NCBI GenBank assembly: GCA_963764625.1
Contig: CAVXTH010000006.1
Location: 704,001 to 768,000, forward strand
Direction of reading: 5' to 3'
From: Candidatus Krumholzibacteriota bacterium
GTDB taxonomy: Bacteria; Krumholzibacteriota; Krumholzibacteriia; JAJRXK01
DNA: 64,000 nt
Below, one piece after another: positions 16,160 to 25,205 of this stretch. A model generated the notes under the pieces. That model was not told the origin of the DNA. It did no database searches and saw only the letters and a list, made by a program, of their open reading frames with translations. The stretch's first letter is position 1; every line of letters begins with the position of its first letter. The translations under genes and the position numbers were made by a program.

Positions 16160-18583
16160 GTGAAGCTCTCCATCGAGTGGTTGCGCGAACTCGTGGATTT
16201 GCCGCCCGAGGTCGAAACGATCTGCCAGGACCTGACCCTGCTCGGGCTGGAAGTCGAACAGGTGGAAGAGGTCGGTCTCAGCTTTCCGGGGATCGTGGTG
16301 GGCCGGGTGCTGCAGCACGCTGCGCATCCCAATGCCGATCGGCTGAGCGTCTGCGTGGTCAGCGACGGGAAAACCGAGTTTCCCGTGGTGTGCGGGGCGC
16401 CGAACGTCCGTCAGGGCTTGACCGTCGCCTTCGCCACCCCGGGCTCTACTCTGCCCGATGGAACCACGATCAAGAAGACCAAGATTCGCGGAGAAGTCTC
16501 CCTCGGCATGATTTGCAGCGAGAGAGAGCTGGGGCTCGGGGATGGTCAGAGCGGAATCCTCGAGCTCGACGAGCAGTACGAGGTCGGCAGGGGAATGGAC
16601 GAGCTCTTCGGCTGGAAGGACACCTGCGTCGAGATCGAGGTCACGCCCAACCGTCCCGATTGGCTGAGCCACATCGGGGTGGCGCGCGAGCTCGCGGCCA
16701 AGTACGGCAAGGAGCTGCGCCTGCCCCAGGTGAACCACACGGTCGAAATGGTGGACGAGGACGAGGGCTTCCGGGCGAAGTGTGAAGACGAGGAAGCGTG
16801 CCCGCGCTATACCGGCCGCATCGTGCGCGGGATTCAAATGAGAGAAACGCCACCCTGGATGCGCAGGAGATTGCTCGCGATCGGCCAGAGGCCGATCAAC
16901 GCGGTCGTCGACTGCAGCAACTACCTCCTGCACGAGTGCGGTCAACCCAACCACGCTTTCGACCTGAACAAGATCAAGGGAAACGAGATCGTAGTGCGGC
17001 GCGCCAAGAAGGGCGAACGGTGCGTGACGCTGGATGATCAGGTGCGCGAACTCAGCCCTCAGCACCTGGTGATCGCCGATAGGGAGGGGCCGGCCGCGCT
17101 CGCGGGTCTGATGGGAGGGAGTCGGACGGAAGTCTCCGACGACACCTCGGATCTTCTGCTCGAGGTGGCGAACTTCGATCCGATTACCGTGCGTGGCATG
17201 CGCCGCGATCTCGGCATGAACACCGATGCCTCCTACCGTTTCGAACGCGGCTGCGATCAAGAGCTCATTCCCTGGGTGCAGAGTCGTCTCGCTGAGTTGC
17301 TCGCGAGTTGCTGCGGCGGTACGGCGAGTCCGAAAGCGTTTCAGGCTCTCGGGAAGGCGCCGGCGCCCAGCGCCCACTTCTTCATGCGCTCGTCGCAAGT
17401 GGAGCGTCTGCTCGGGGTGAGAGTGGAGACGGCGGAGATGACACGTATCCTTCATCGTCTGGGAATTTCGGCGGAGAAGGCGGAGCGCGAGGGTGAAACC
17501 GGCCTGTGGGTGCGACAACCCAGTTTCCGCCGCGACCTCCTGGAAGAGGTCGACGCCATCGAGGAGATCGCTCGTCTCTACGGCTACGATAAGATTCCAG
17601 CGCGGGACCGCGCCCCCATGCTCCTGCCGGCTCGCCGGGAAACAGGGGAGACGCTGCGACGTCAGCTTCGCGATCATCTCGCGGCCGCGGGGATTCACGA
17701 GGTCACGGGTTCCTCGTTCATGGAATCGAAGGATCCCGATCGCTTTCTCCTGGCTCAGGACGATCCGCGGCGCGGCGCGGTGGAGGTCTTGAATCCACTG
17801 GTGGCCGGTGAGGGTCTCCTGAAGACCACCTCTCTGCCAGAGATGCTGCGCATCGTCGACCGCAACCGGCGACGTGCCTATACCGGACCCATCCGCGTGT
17901 TCCAACTGGATCGGTGTTTCCTGAAGAAGGAAGGCCTCACCCTGCCCGAGGAGCCCGAGGCCCTGGTCGTGGTATGGGCGGGTCCGGCGGAAACCGCGCA
18001 CTCCTCGCGAGAGCCACGAGTTCTGGATCCCTTCGATGCATTGGGAGAGATCGAGGTGATGCTCGAGAGCCTGGGGATCCAGGCGCGGTTCTCCCCGGGC
18101 GAGGAGGAGAGCTATGATGAGAAGGGGACGGCGGTGGGAGTGCGCGACGACACCCGCGAGCTGGGTCACATCGGGATGATCCACCCGAGAGTGGCCAAGG
18201 CCTACGGCTTGGAGGGTCCCATCCTGCACGCCACGCTCTCGCTGAGGCGGCTGGAGGAGTCGCTTCCTCAGGGCGCGCAATACAATCCGGTGCCGATCTA
18301 TCCTCCGGTGCGGCGGGACCTGAGCCTCCTGGTGCCCAAGGGGGTCGGCTACGGACAGATCGCCGGGCTCTTGCGAGGCGAGGGGGGCGAGCTTTTGGAG
18401 AGTCTGGACGTGTTCGATCTCTACGAGGGCAAGGGAATCGGCTCCGCGGCCCGCGCCCTGGGGGTCCGATTGGTGCTCCGCAGCCTCAAGGGAACTCTGA
18501 AGGACAAGCGAGTCGATTCTCTCGTGGCTAAGATTCTTCAGAAATTGGATGAGGAATTGGGCGTAAAGCTCAGGGCAGAATGA
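16160..18583 (+). CDS. pheT: Phenylalanine--tRNA ligase beta subunit
   Basis: HPNADRL, VCGAPNV, TPNRPD, TDASYRFERG, FDX-ACB C-terminus. Confidence 0.98.
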   Translation: MKLSIEWLRELVDLPPEVETICQDLTLLGLEVEQVEEVGLSFPGIVVGRVLQHAAHPNADRLSVCVVSDGKTEFPVVCGAPNVRQGLTVAFATPGSTLPDGTTIKKTKIRGEVSLGMICSERELGLGDGQSGILELDEQYEVGRGMDELFGWKDTCVEIEVTPNRPDWLSHIGVARELAAKYGKELRLPQVNHTVEMVDEDEGFRAKCEDEEACPRYTGRIVRGIQMRETPPWMRRRLLAIGQRPINAVVDCSNYLLHECGQPNHAFDLNKIKGNEIVVRRAKKGERCVTLDDQVRELSPQHLVIADREGPAALAGLMGGSRTEVSDDTSDLLLEVANFDPITVRGMRRDLGMNTDASYRFERGCDQELIPWVQSRLAELLASCCGGTASPKAFQALGKAPAPSAHFFMRSSQVERLLGVRVETAEMTRILHRLGISAEKAEREGETGLWVRQPSFRRDLLEEVDAIEEIARLYGYDKIPARDRAPMLLPARRETGETLRRQLRDHLAAAGIHEVTGSSFMESKDPDRFLLAQDDPRRGAVEVLNPLVAGEGLLKTTSLPEMLRIVDRNRRRAYTGPIRVFQLDRCFLKKEGLTLPEEPEALVVVWAGPAETAHSSREPRVLDPFDALGEIEVMLESLGIQARFSPGEEESYDEKGTAVGVRDDTRELGHIGMIHPRVAKAYGLEGPILHATLSLRRLEESLPQGAQYNPVPIYPPVRRDLSLLVPKGVGYGQIAGLLRGEGGELLESLDVFDLYEGKGIGSAARALGVRLVLRSLKGTLKDKRVDSLVAKILQKLDEELGVKLRAE

Positions 18584-18714
18584 GGACACTTGCCCTGTGA
18601 CCTGTGGCCGGATTAAGCTGGGATGAATCGTAGGCACGACGTTCACGCGCACGAGAGCTCCGAGACTGCGCATCTCGGCGCGCGGAACTCGAATCTCGAC
18701 AGTGGGAGGCAGCG

Positions 18715-18996
18715 ATGGAGCCAGGCGTGACGACGGTCACCATCTTCGGGCAGGACTACAGCATCCGCGGGGGAGAGGATGCCGCCTATGTCCGCGACAT
18801 CGCCAAGTTCGTTGATGAGCGAATGCGGGAAGTCGCCTCCTCGGGTAGCCAAATCACCTCGATGCGAGTGGCCATCCTGGCCTCGCTGAACATTGCCGAC
18901 GAGTTGTTCCAGGAGAAGGAAGGACGCCGTCGCACCCACAAGGAATTGCGCAAGCGCGCACAGAAGCTGTTGAAACGCCTGGAAGCGAGCGCCTGA
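18715..18996 (+). CDS. zapA: Cell division protein ZapA
   Basis: VTIFGQDYSI, AKFVDERM, VAILASLNIADELF; TTGCCC...TAAGCT promoter-like motif upstream. Confidence 0.93.
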   Translation: MEPGVTTVTIFGQDYSIRGGEDAAYVRDIAKFVDERMREVASSGSQITSMRVAILASLNIADELFQEKEGRRRTHKELRKRAQKLLKRLEASA

Positions 18997-19015
18997 TGAA
19001 GTTGTCCCCGACGAA

Positions 19016-19204
19016 GTGGAGTATCCCTGCCGCGTTTGTGATGCACCGACGTTTTTGAGCCAACAAGTTGACCACGGAGTTCCGCAGTTCGTGATCCCAA
19101 GGCCAAGTCTTGCGAAAGGAAAGGCCGAGGGTCGCGGCAGGGACTCCACTTGAACCGAATGGTTCAAAGGGTCTCGTGCACACGGCCCTGCGGGCCTACT
19201 CCAT
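19016..19204 (+). ncRNA. ssrS: 6S RNA
   Basis: Canonical position after zapA; termini pair (GTGGAGTA/TACTCCAT), TTTGAGCC/GGTTCAAA closing stem, central bulge, inner stem GGAGTTCC/GGGACTCC; ~190 nt. Confidence 0.85.
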
Positions 19205-19225
19205 CCCTCCTGGAAGAGTGACTTC

Positions 19226-20020
19226 ATGCGCGTGTTTTTCATCGGAGACATCGTGGGACGTCCGGGCCGCAAGGCCCTGCGTGAACTTCTTCCCGGGGTC
19301 AAGAACACCTACGCTCCCCAGCTCGTGGTGGCGAACGTCGAGAACGCCGCCTCCGGCTTCGGCCTGAACGAGAAAGTGGGGAGGGAGATCCTCGAGTGCG
19401 GTGTCGACGTTATGACTGGAGGCAACCATCTCTGGGATCGCAAAGGCAGTGAAGCCTACATCGATTCCGAAGAATGTCTGGTGCGTCCCGCAAACTATCC
19501 CCAGGGGACCCCGGGGCGCCGTTTCCATCTTTGCGAGGTGTCTGGAATCCGGGTGGCCGTCCTCAGTCTACAGGGGCGCGTGTTCATGCCTCCTCTGGAC
19601 TGTCCCTTCCACGCCCTCGATTCCCTTTTGGACGAGTTGAAGAGCCGCGCCGACATCTTCCTTTTGGATTTCCACGGAGAGGCCACCAGCGAGAAGAGAG
19701 CCATGGCGGTGTACGCCGATGGACGCGTATCGGCGGTGGTGGGAACGCACACCCACGTCCCAACCGCGGACGAATGTATTCTTCCCAAGGGCACCGCCTT
19801 CATCTCCGATCTGGGGATGACTGGACCCTACGATTCCATCATCGGAATGGACCACGAGAGCGTGATGGCGAAGTTCTTGACCGGGCTTCCCCATCGCTTC
19901 GAGGTGGCCAACGAAGACGCGCGCCTGAGCGGACTCATCGTGGATTTGGACGAGGAGAGCGGCCGGGCCCGATTCGTTCAGCGGGTTCACGAACGCCTGG
20001 ATGAAGTGGAGGATTCATGA
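19226..20020 (+). CDS. ymdB: YmdB/TIGR00282 metallophosphoesterase
   Basis: GDIVGRPGR, NVENAA, TGGNH, RPANYP, DFHGEATSEK, GTHTHV, DLGMTG. Confidence 0.95.
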   Translation: MRVFFIGDIVGRPGRKALRELLPGVKNTYAPQLVVANVENAASGFGLNEKVGREILECGVDVMTGGNHLWDRKGSEAYIDSEECLVRPANYPQGTPGRRFHLCEVSGIRVAVLSLQGRVFMPPLDCPFHALDSLLDELKSRADIFLLDFHGEATSEKRAMAVYADGRVSAVVGTHTHVPTADECILPKGTAFISDLGMTGPYDSIIGMDHESVMAKFLTGLPHRFEVANEDARLSGLIVDLDEESGRARFVQRVHERLDEVEDS

Positions 20021-20904
20021 GCGCGCGCATCCTGGATGGGACGGCCCTGGCCCAGAAAGTCAGGGCTCGGCTCACGACGGAGGTCGAGCAACGAGTGCAA
20101 CGGGGACTCAGAGCTCCCAAACTCCAGGTGATCCTGGTGGGCGATGATCCCGCGAGCGCGATCTACGTGCGCAACAAGGAAAAAGCTGCCGCGAAAGCGG
20201 GGATCGAGGGAGGAGTCAAACGTCTTCCGGAGAACACGAGTTCGCAGGAGCTTCACGCCGCGATCGAAGCGGTGAATGCAGACGAGGGCGTCGATGGTCT
20301 CCTCGTCCAACTTCCTCTTCCGGCCGCGATCGACCCCGCCGCGGTGCGTTCGTGGATCGATCCCACGAAGGACGTGGACGGTCTGCATCCAGAAAACGTC
20401 GGCCTATTGGCCAGCGGCACCCCGCGATTCGTTCCCTGCACTCCGGCCGGCTGTCTTGCGCTCCTTAAGGAGCATGGGATCGAGGTGGCGGGTCGCCGCG
20501 CGCTCGTGATCGGGCGCTCTCTCATCGTGGGCCGTCCCATGGCCACCCTTCTCTCGCAGAAGGGAGTGGATGCCACCGTTACGATCTACCATTCACGGAG
20601 CCGTGACTTGAAGGAACTGGCGAGCGAGGCCGAGATCATAGTGGCGGCGGCGGGAACCCCCATGCTGCTGAAGCCCGAGCACGTGAAACCGGGGGTGGTG
20701 GTCGTCGATGTCGGGATCCACCGGATCGAGGATCCTACCGCGCCCAAGGGAACGCGTTTAGTGGGCGACGTCGATCCCGGCGTGGCCGAGCTCGCGTCGT
20801 GGATCTCACCCGTCCCCGGGGGAGTGGGCCCCATGACCATCGCCATGCTCCTTGCGAACACGGTTCTCGCGCACGGCCGGAAGACCGGGACACTGAGCGA
20901 ATGA
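20017..20904 (+). CDS. folD: Methylenetetrahydrofolate dehydrogenase/cyclohydrolase
   Basis: YVRNK, LVQLPLP, KDVDG, PCTP, GRSLIVGRP, PVPGGVGPMT. Confidence 0.97.
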   Translation: MSARILDGTALAQKVRARLTTEVEQRVQRGLRAPKLQVILVGDDPASAIYVRNKEKAAAKAGIEGGVKRLPENTSSQELHAAIEAVNADEGVDGLLVQLPLPAAIDPAAVRSWIDPTKDVDGLHPENVGLLASGTPRFVPCTPAGCLALLKEHGIEVAGRRALVIGRSLIVGRPMATLLSQKGVDATVTIYHSRSRDLKELASEAEIIVAAAGTPMLLKPEHVKPGVVVVDVGIHRIEDPTAPKGTRLVGDVDPGVAELASWISPVPGGVGPMTIAMLLANTVLAHGRKTGTLSE

Positions 20905-21785
20905 AGCACGCCGAATTCGAAGCCGAACTACAGAGCGATAGGGACGAAGCGACGCGCCGGGCCGCCGAGGCTCTCGATGCCCGCTCGGGCGCGGCTCCGC
21001 GCCTGAAGGAGGCGATGCAGTACAGTCTTATGGGTGGGGGAAAGCGGCTGCGCCCGCTTCTCGCACTGTGGATTCACGACGCGGCGGGCGGATCCCGTTC
21101 CCCGGCGATCTGGCACGCCGCGACCGCCTTGGAGTTGCTCCACACCTACAGTCTGATCCACGACGATCTTCCCGCGATGGACGACGACGATCTGCGCCGC
21201 GGTCAGTTGTCGTGTCACAGGAGCTTCGACGAGGCCACCGCCATTCTCGCCGGCGATGCGTTGCAAACCCTGGCCTTCGAGATTTTGGCCCAGATCGAGC
21301 CCGCGGAGATCGCCTCCGCCTGTGTGTTTCGGCTGGCGCGAAGCAGCGGGCTTCAGGGAATGGCGAGCGGACAGCAGTGGGATCTGATGGCGAGCGAGGA
21401 TCACGATGCCCCTCCGGTCGAAACGATTCATCGGCTCAAGACCGGCGCGCTCATCGGGGCCAGCCTTGCCCTGGGCGCGATTTGTTCCGGGGCGCAGACC
21501 AAAGTTGTGGATCAAGTGGAAGAGGCAGGAATCCAGCTCGGAATCGCGTTTCAAATCATCGACGACATCCTGGACGAGACCGCCACCGCGAAGGAGCTGG
21601 GCAAGAGCCCCGGCAAGGATAAAAAGCAAGGGAAGCTGACCATCCTCCGCGCTCACGGCCTGACGCAGAGCAAGATCTTAGCGCGCGAGGGCCTCGCGAG
21701 CTGTGTCGGCCGGCTGAAGGAGCTCTCTCTGTGGTCGGAGAAAATAGGCTGGCTATGTGAATCGTTGGTGAATCGTGGGCGCTGA
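20901..21785 (+). CDS. ispA: Farnesyl diphosphate synthase
   Basis: GGKRLRP, HTYSLIHDDLPAMDDDDLRRG, FQIIDDILD; located just upstream of dxs. Confidence 0.92.
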   Translation: MKHAEFEAELQSDRDEATRRAAEALDARSGAAPRLKEAMQYSLMGGGKRLRPLLALWIHDAAGGSRSPAIWHAATALELLHTYSLIHDDLPAMDDDDLRRGQLSCHRSFDEATAILAGDALQTLAFEILAQIEPAEIASACVFRLARSSGLQGMASGQQWDLMASEDHDAPPVETIHRLKTGALIGASLALGAICSGAQTKVVDQVEEAGIQLGIAFQIIDDILDETATAKELGKSPGKDKKQGKLTILRAHGLTQSKILAREGLASCVGRLKELSLWSEKIGWLCESLVNRGR

Positions 21786-22245
21786 AGGGACGATTCTCGG
21801 ATCGAGTCTGCCCCCGTGGGCCTACATTCTGTTGGCCGGACTGGCGGTTCAGATTCTCAAGTTTGCGCTCTACTGGCTGGTACGGCGCAAGAGGAACCTG
21901 CGGTATCTGGTTTCCTCGAACGGGTTCCCCAGTCTGCACGCGGTCGTGTTCGCCTGTTTGGCGACCATGATCTTCAGGGTGCGGGGGGGGCAAGATCCGG
22001 CCTACAATGCCGTTTTGATCTATGGCGCTATCATTCTTCACGACGCCATGAGAGTGAAAGGACGAGTCGAGCAGGGGAGAAATCTCGCCTTCGCGGTGGC
22101 GCAGCGGCTTCAGAACCGCCTCGCCCGCCGCTTCTCCTTCGGCGAGTTGCTGCTCGGCGGCCGCTTCAACCATCGTCCCACCCACGTGCTGGTGGGCATC
22201 ATCATGGGAGTTCTGCTGGGCCTGGGGTACCGCTATCTGCCCTGA
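21775..22245 (+). CDS. Divergent PAP2 family (DUF212) membrane protein
   Basis: QILK, GFPSLHA, IILHDAMRVK, HRPTHVLVG; usual position between ispA and dxs. Confidence 0.8.
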   Translation: MGAEGTILGSSLPPWAYILLAGLAVQILKFALYWLVRRKRNLRYLVSSNGFPSLHAVVFACLATMIFRVRGGQDPAYNAVLIYGAIILHDAMRVKGRVEQGRNLAFAVAQRLQNRLARRFSFGELLLGGRFNHRPTHVLVGIIMGVLLGLGYRYLP

Positions 22246-22342
22246 ACCTAGTCCCTTGGCGGAATCTGAGCCCTGCGATAGAGTGCGAGAACCGAATCCA
22301 CCGGACTCGGGATCCGGAGACGTGGAAGAGAGGTAGAAAGCG

Positions 22343-24277
22343 ATGGCTCCCATTCTCCCCGGAATCGAATCACCGGACCAACTCTCCGGGCTGAGCCCCG
22401 AAGAGCTCCGTCAGCTCGCAGAGGAACTCCGCGCGGAGATCCTGAGGGTCGTGAGTGGAATCGGGGGCCACCTCGGCGCCAGCCTGGGCGTGGCCGAGCT
22501 CACGGTGGCCTTGCACCACACCTTCGATTCCCCTCGCGACAAGATCGTGTGGGACGTGGGGCATCAGGCCTATGGCCACAAGTTGCTCACCGGACGGCGC
22601 GAGCAGTTCAGCAGCATCCGCCAATTCGGCGGGATCTCGGGCTTTCCCAAGCGAAGCGAGAGCGAGCACGACACCTTTGGAGTCGGGCACGCCTCGACCG
22701 CCATTTCCGCTGCACTTGGATACTGCAAGGCACGCGACCTTCGCCGGGAACGGCACCACGTGGTCGCGGTGGTCGGTGACGGAGCTCTCACCGGAGGAAT
22801 TGCCTACGAGGGAATGAACAACGCCGGCCAGCTCGACAGCGATCTCATCGTCGTGCTCAACGACAACGAGATGTCGATCTCGCGCAACGTGGGCGCAATG
22901 AGTCGCTATCTCACGCAAATCACCTCTGGCCGCGTGTACACCGCCATGGAGGCCGAAGTCTTCAAGCTGCTCGGCAAGTTGCCCGCCGGCACCAAGGCCC
23001 AGGATCTGGCGGGACGGGTCAAGGAAGCGCTGAAGACCCTGATGGTTCCGGGACAACTCTTCGAATCGCTGGGCTTCCGCTACTTCGGCCCGCTCGACGG
23101 CTACGACATCGATCTCCTGGTGAATACTTTCGAACAGGTGAAGAAGCTGAAGGGTCCCACGCTTCTTCACGTCATCACGCGAAAGGGGAAGGGCTATTCC
23201 TTCGCGGAGGAGGACGCCACCAAGTACCACGGGGTCTCGCGCTTCGATCCCAAGGAAGGCCTGGCGAGCTCTCCGAAGTCCAAGGGGGCCCCCAGCTATA
23301 CCTCCGTCTTCGGCCGCACCCTGGTCGAAATGGCGCGCAAGGATCGCCGCGTGGTGGCCATCACGGCCGCGATGCCCGACGGCACCGGCCTCATGAACTT
23401 CGCCAGCGAGTTTCCCGACCGCTTCTTCGACGTGGGAATCGCCGAGCAGCACGCGGTCACCTTCGCCGCCGGCCTGGCCTGTCGCCAGATGAAACCGGTG
23501 TGTGCCATCTACTCGACCTTCTTGCAGCGGGCCTACGATCAGCTGATTCACGATGTCGCGCTGCAAAAGCTGAACGTCTTCTTCGCGCTGGATCGCGCGG
23601 GACTGGTCGGAGCGGACGGGCCCACCCATCACGGTGCCTTCGATCTCTCGTATCTGCGCGCCGTGCCCAACCTGGTGATCATGGCGCCCAAGGACGAAAA
23701 CGAACTTCAGCGCATGGTCGCGACCGGCCTTGCCTACGACGCGGGTCCAATCGCGGTGCGCTATCCTCGCGGCGCGGGACCGGGCGTGGCCCTGGAGAAG
23801 CACTACAAGCCGCTCGAGATCGGCAAAGCAGAAGTGCTGCGCAAGGGGGACGAGGTGCTGCTGATCGGAATCGGGTTCGGAGTCCAGTTGGCGCTCGACA
23901 CAGCTCAGCTCCTGCAGGAGGCGCAGCTGAGCACGACCGTGGTGAACGCCCGTTTCGTGAAACCTCTCGATCAGGATCTGCTTCTGGAGCAGGCCTCGAA
24001 CCACCGCATAGTGGTGACGATCGAAGAGAATACTCTGGCGGGAGGATTCGGATCCGCGGTTCTGGAGCTGCTCCACGAGAATCTCAAACAGCCCCCGCGC
24101 GTGTTTCGCTTCGGTCTTCCCGATCGCTTCCAGCACCACGGCTCCCCCCAGCAGCTCCATGAGCAATGCGGACTGAGTGCTCCTGCGATCGCACAGGAGA
24201 TTCGCAACCGTCTGCAGCTCGATGACCGCTGGATTGACCTCGGTCACCACCGCCGCTCGAAGAATCAAGAGGGTTGA
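22343..24277 (+). CDS. dxs: 1-deoxy-D-xylulose-5-phosphate synthase
   Basis: GGHLG, WDVGHQAYGHK, GDGALTGG, DVGIAEQHA, DRAGLVGADGPTHHG. Confidence 0.98.
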   Translation: MAPILPGIESPDQLSGLSPEELRQLAEELRAEILRVVSGIGGHLGASLGVAELTVALHHTFDSPRDKIVWDVGHQAYGHKLLTGRREQFSSIRQFGGISGFPKRSESEHDTFGVGHASTAISAALGYCKARDLRRERHHVVAVVGDGALTGGIAYEGMNNAGQLDSDLIVVLNDNEMSISRNVGAMSRYLTQITSGRVYTAMEAEVFKLLGKLPAGTKAQDLAGRVKEALKTLMVPGQLFESLGFRYFGPLDGYDIDLLVNTFEQVKKLKGPTLLHVITRKGKGYSFAEEDATKYHGVSRFDPKEGLASSPKSKGAPSYTSVFGRTLVEMARKDRRVVAITAAMPDGTGLMNFASEFPDRFFDVGIAEQHAVTFAAGLACRQMKPVCAIYSTFLQRAYDQLIHDVALQKLNVFFALDRAGLVGADGPTHHGAFDLSYLRAVPNLVIMAPKDENELQRMVATGLAYDAGPIAVRYPRGAGPGVALEKHYKPLEIGKAEVLRKGDEVLLIGIGFGVQLALDTAQLLQEAQLSTTVVNARFVKPLDQDLLLEQASNHRIVVTIEENTLAGGFGSAVLELLHENLKQPPRVFRFGLPDRFQHHGSPQQLHEQCGLSAPAIAQEIRNRLQLDDRWIDLGHHRRSKNQEG

Positions 24278-24295
24278 GAACCTCAGAGGAGCGAC

Positions 24296-25201
24296 ATGCT
24301 CACACGAATCGGGCTCATCGCGAATCTCACAAAACCCAGCGTCCGCGACGCGGTACACGTTTGCCGTAGAGAGCTCATGACCCACGGGTTTCAGCCCGTG
24401 ATGAGTCAGACCATGGCCGCGCAGCTCGAGCTGAAGGGCCCAGTGGTGAAGCAGGAGGAGATGCCACGTTTCGTCGACGCGATCATCACGCTTGGCGGCG
24501 ATGGGACCTTTCTCATGGCTGCGCGTCTGGTGGGCAAGGACAGGATTCCCCTCCTGGGCATCAACCTGGGAAGTCTGGGCTTCTTGGCCGAAGTTCGTCA
24601 CGAAGAGATCGCCAGCGCGATCAGCACTCTGGCCGACGGCAACTATCGGATCGAGAAGCGGCGGAAAGTGAGCGCGTCGGTCCTCCGCGGCGGGGAAGTG
24701 GTGTGCGAACTCACGGCCCTGAACGACGCGGTCCTGAACATGGGCGCGACGCCCCGGGTGCTCGATCTGGAAGTGAAGGTGAACTCCACCTCCCTCGGAC
24801 GTTATCTGGCCGATGGGCTCATCGTTTCCACTCCCACCGGGAGCACCGCGTATTCGCTCTCTGCCGGCGGACCCATCGTCGACCCGTCCATGGACGCCCT
24901 CTTGATCACGCCGATTTGTGCGCACAGTCTGGCCATTCGACCGCTCCTGTTACACCACAACCATCCCCTGGAGATTCTCCTCCACGACTGTCCCGACGGA
25001 GTCCTCTCGGCCGACGGACAACTGCTGCAACACGTCGTCACCGGAGATCGCATCTCTTTCCGGCGCGCCCACGAACCCGCTTACCTCATCCGACTACCCC
25101 GGCGCAATTTCTTCGAGATCATACGAGAAAAACTGCGTTGGGGGGGGACGCCTCGAACTCTCAACGAAGGTCGCGACGACGGCGATTGCGACGGAGACTG
25201 A
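24296..25201 (+). CDS. nadK: NAD kinase
   Basis: GGDGT, GINLGSLGFL, ALND, DGLIVSTPTGSTAYSLSAGGP. Confidence 0.97.
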   Translation: MLTRIGLIANLTKPSVRDAVHVCRRELMTHGFQPVMSQTMAAQLELKGPVVKQEEMPRFVDAIITLGGDGTFLMAARLVGKDRIPLLGINLGSLGFLAEVRHEEIASAISTLADGNYRIEKRRKVSASVLRGGEVVCELTALNDAVLNMGATPRVLDLEVKVNSTSLGRYLADGLIVSTPTGSTAYSLSAGGPIVDPSMDALLITPICAHSLAIRPLLLHHNHPLEILLHDCPDGVLSADGQLLQHVVTGDRISFRRAHEPAYLIRLPRRNFFEIIREKLRWGGTPRTLNEGRDDGDCDGD

Positions 25202-25205
25202 AGCC

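Noticed and set aside
15269-18673. 1134-aa minus-strand ORF, and similar long shadow ORFs at 22370-24925, 31356-33296, 49505-51349 and 53390-54940
   Set aside because: They are antisense to well-conserved genes, carry no motifs, and are an expected by-product of high-GC codon bias
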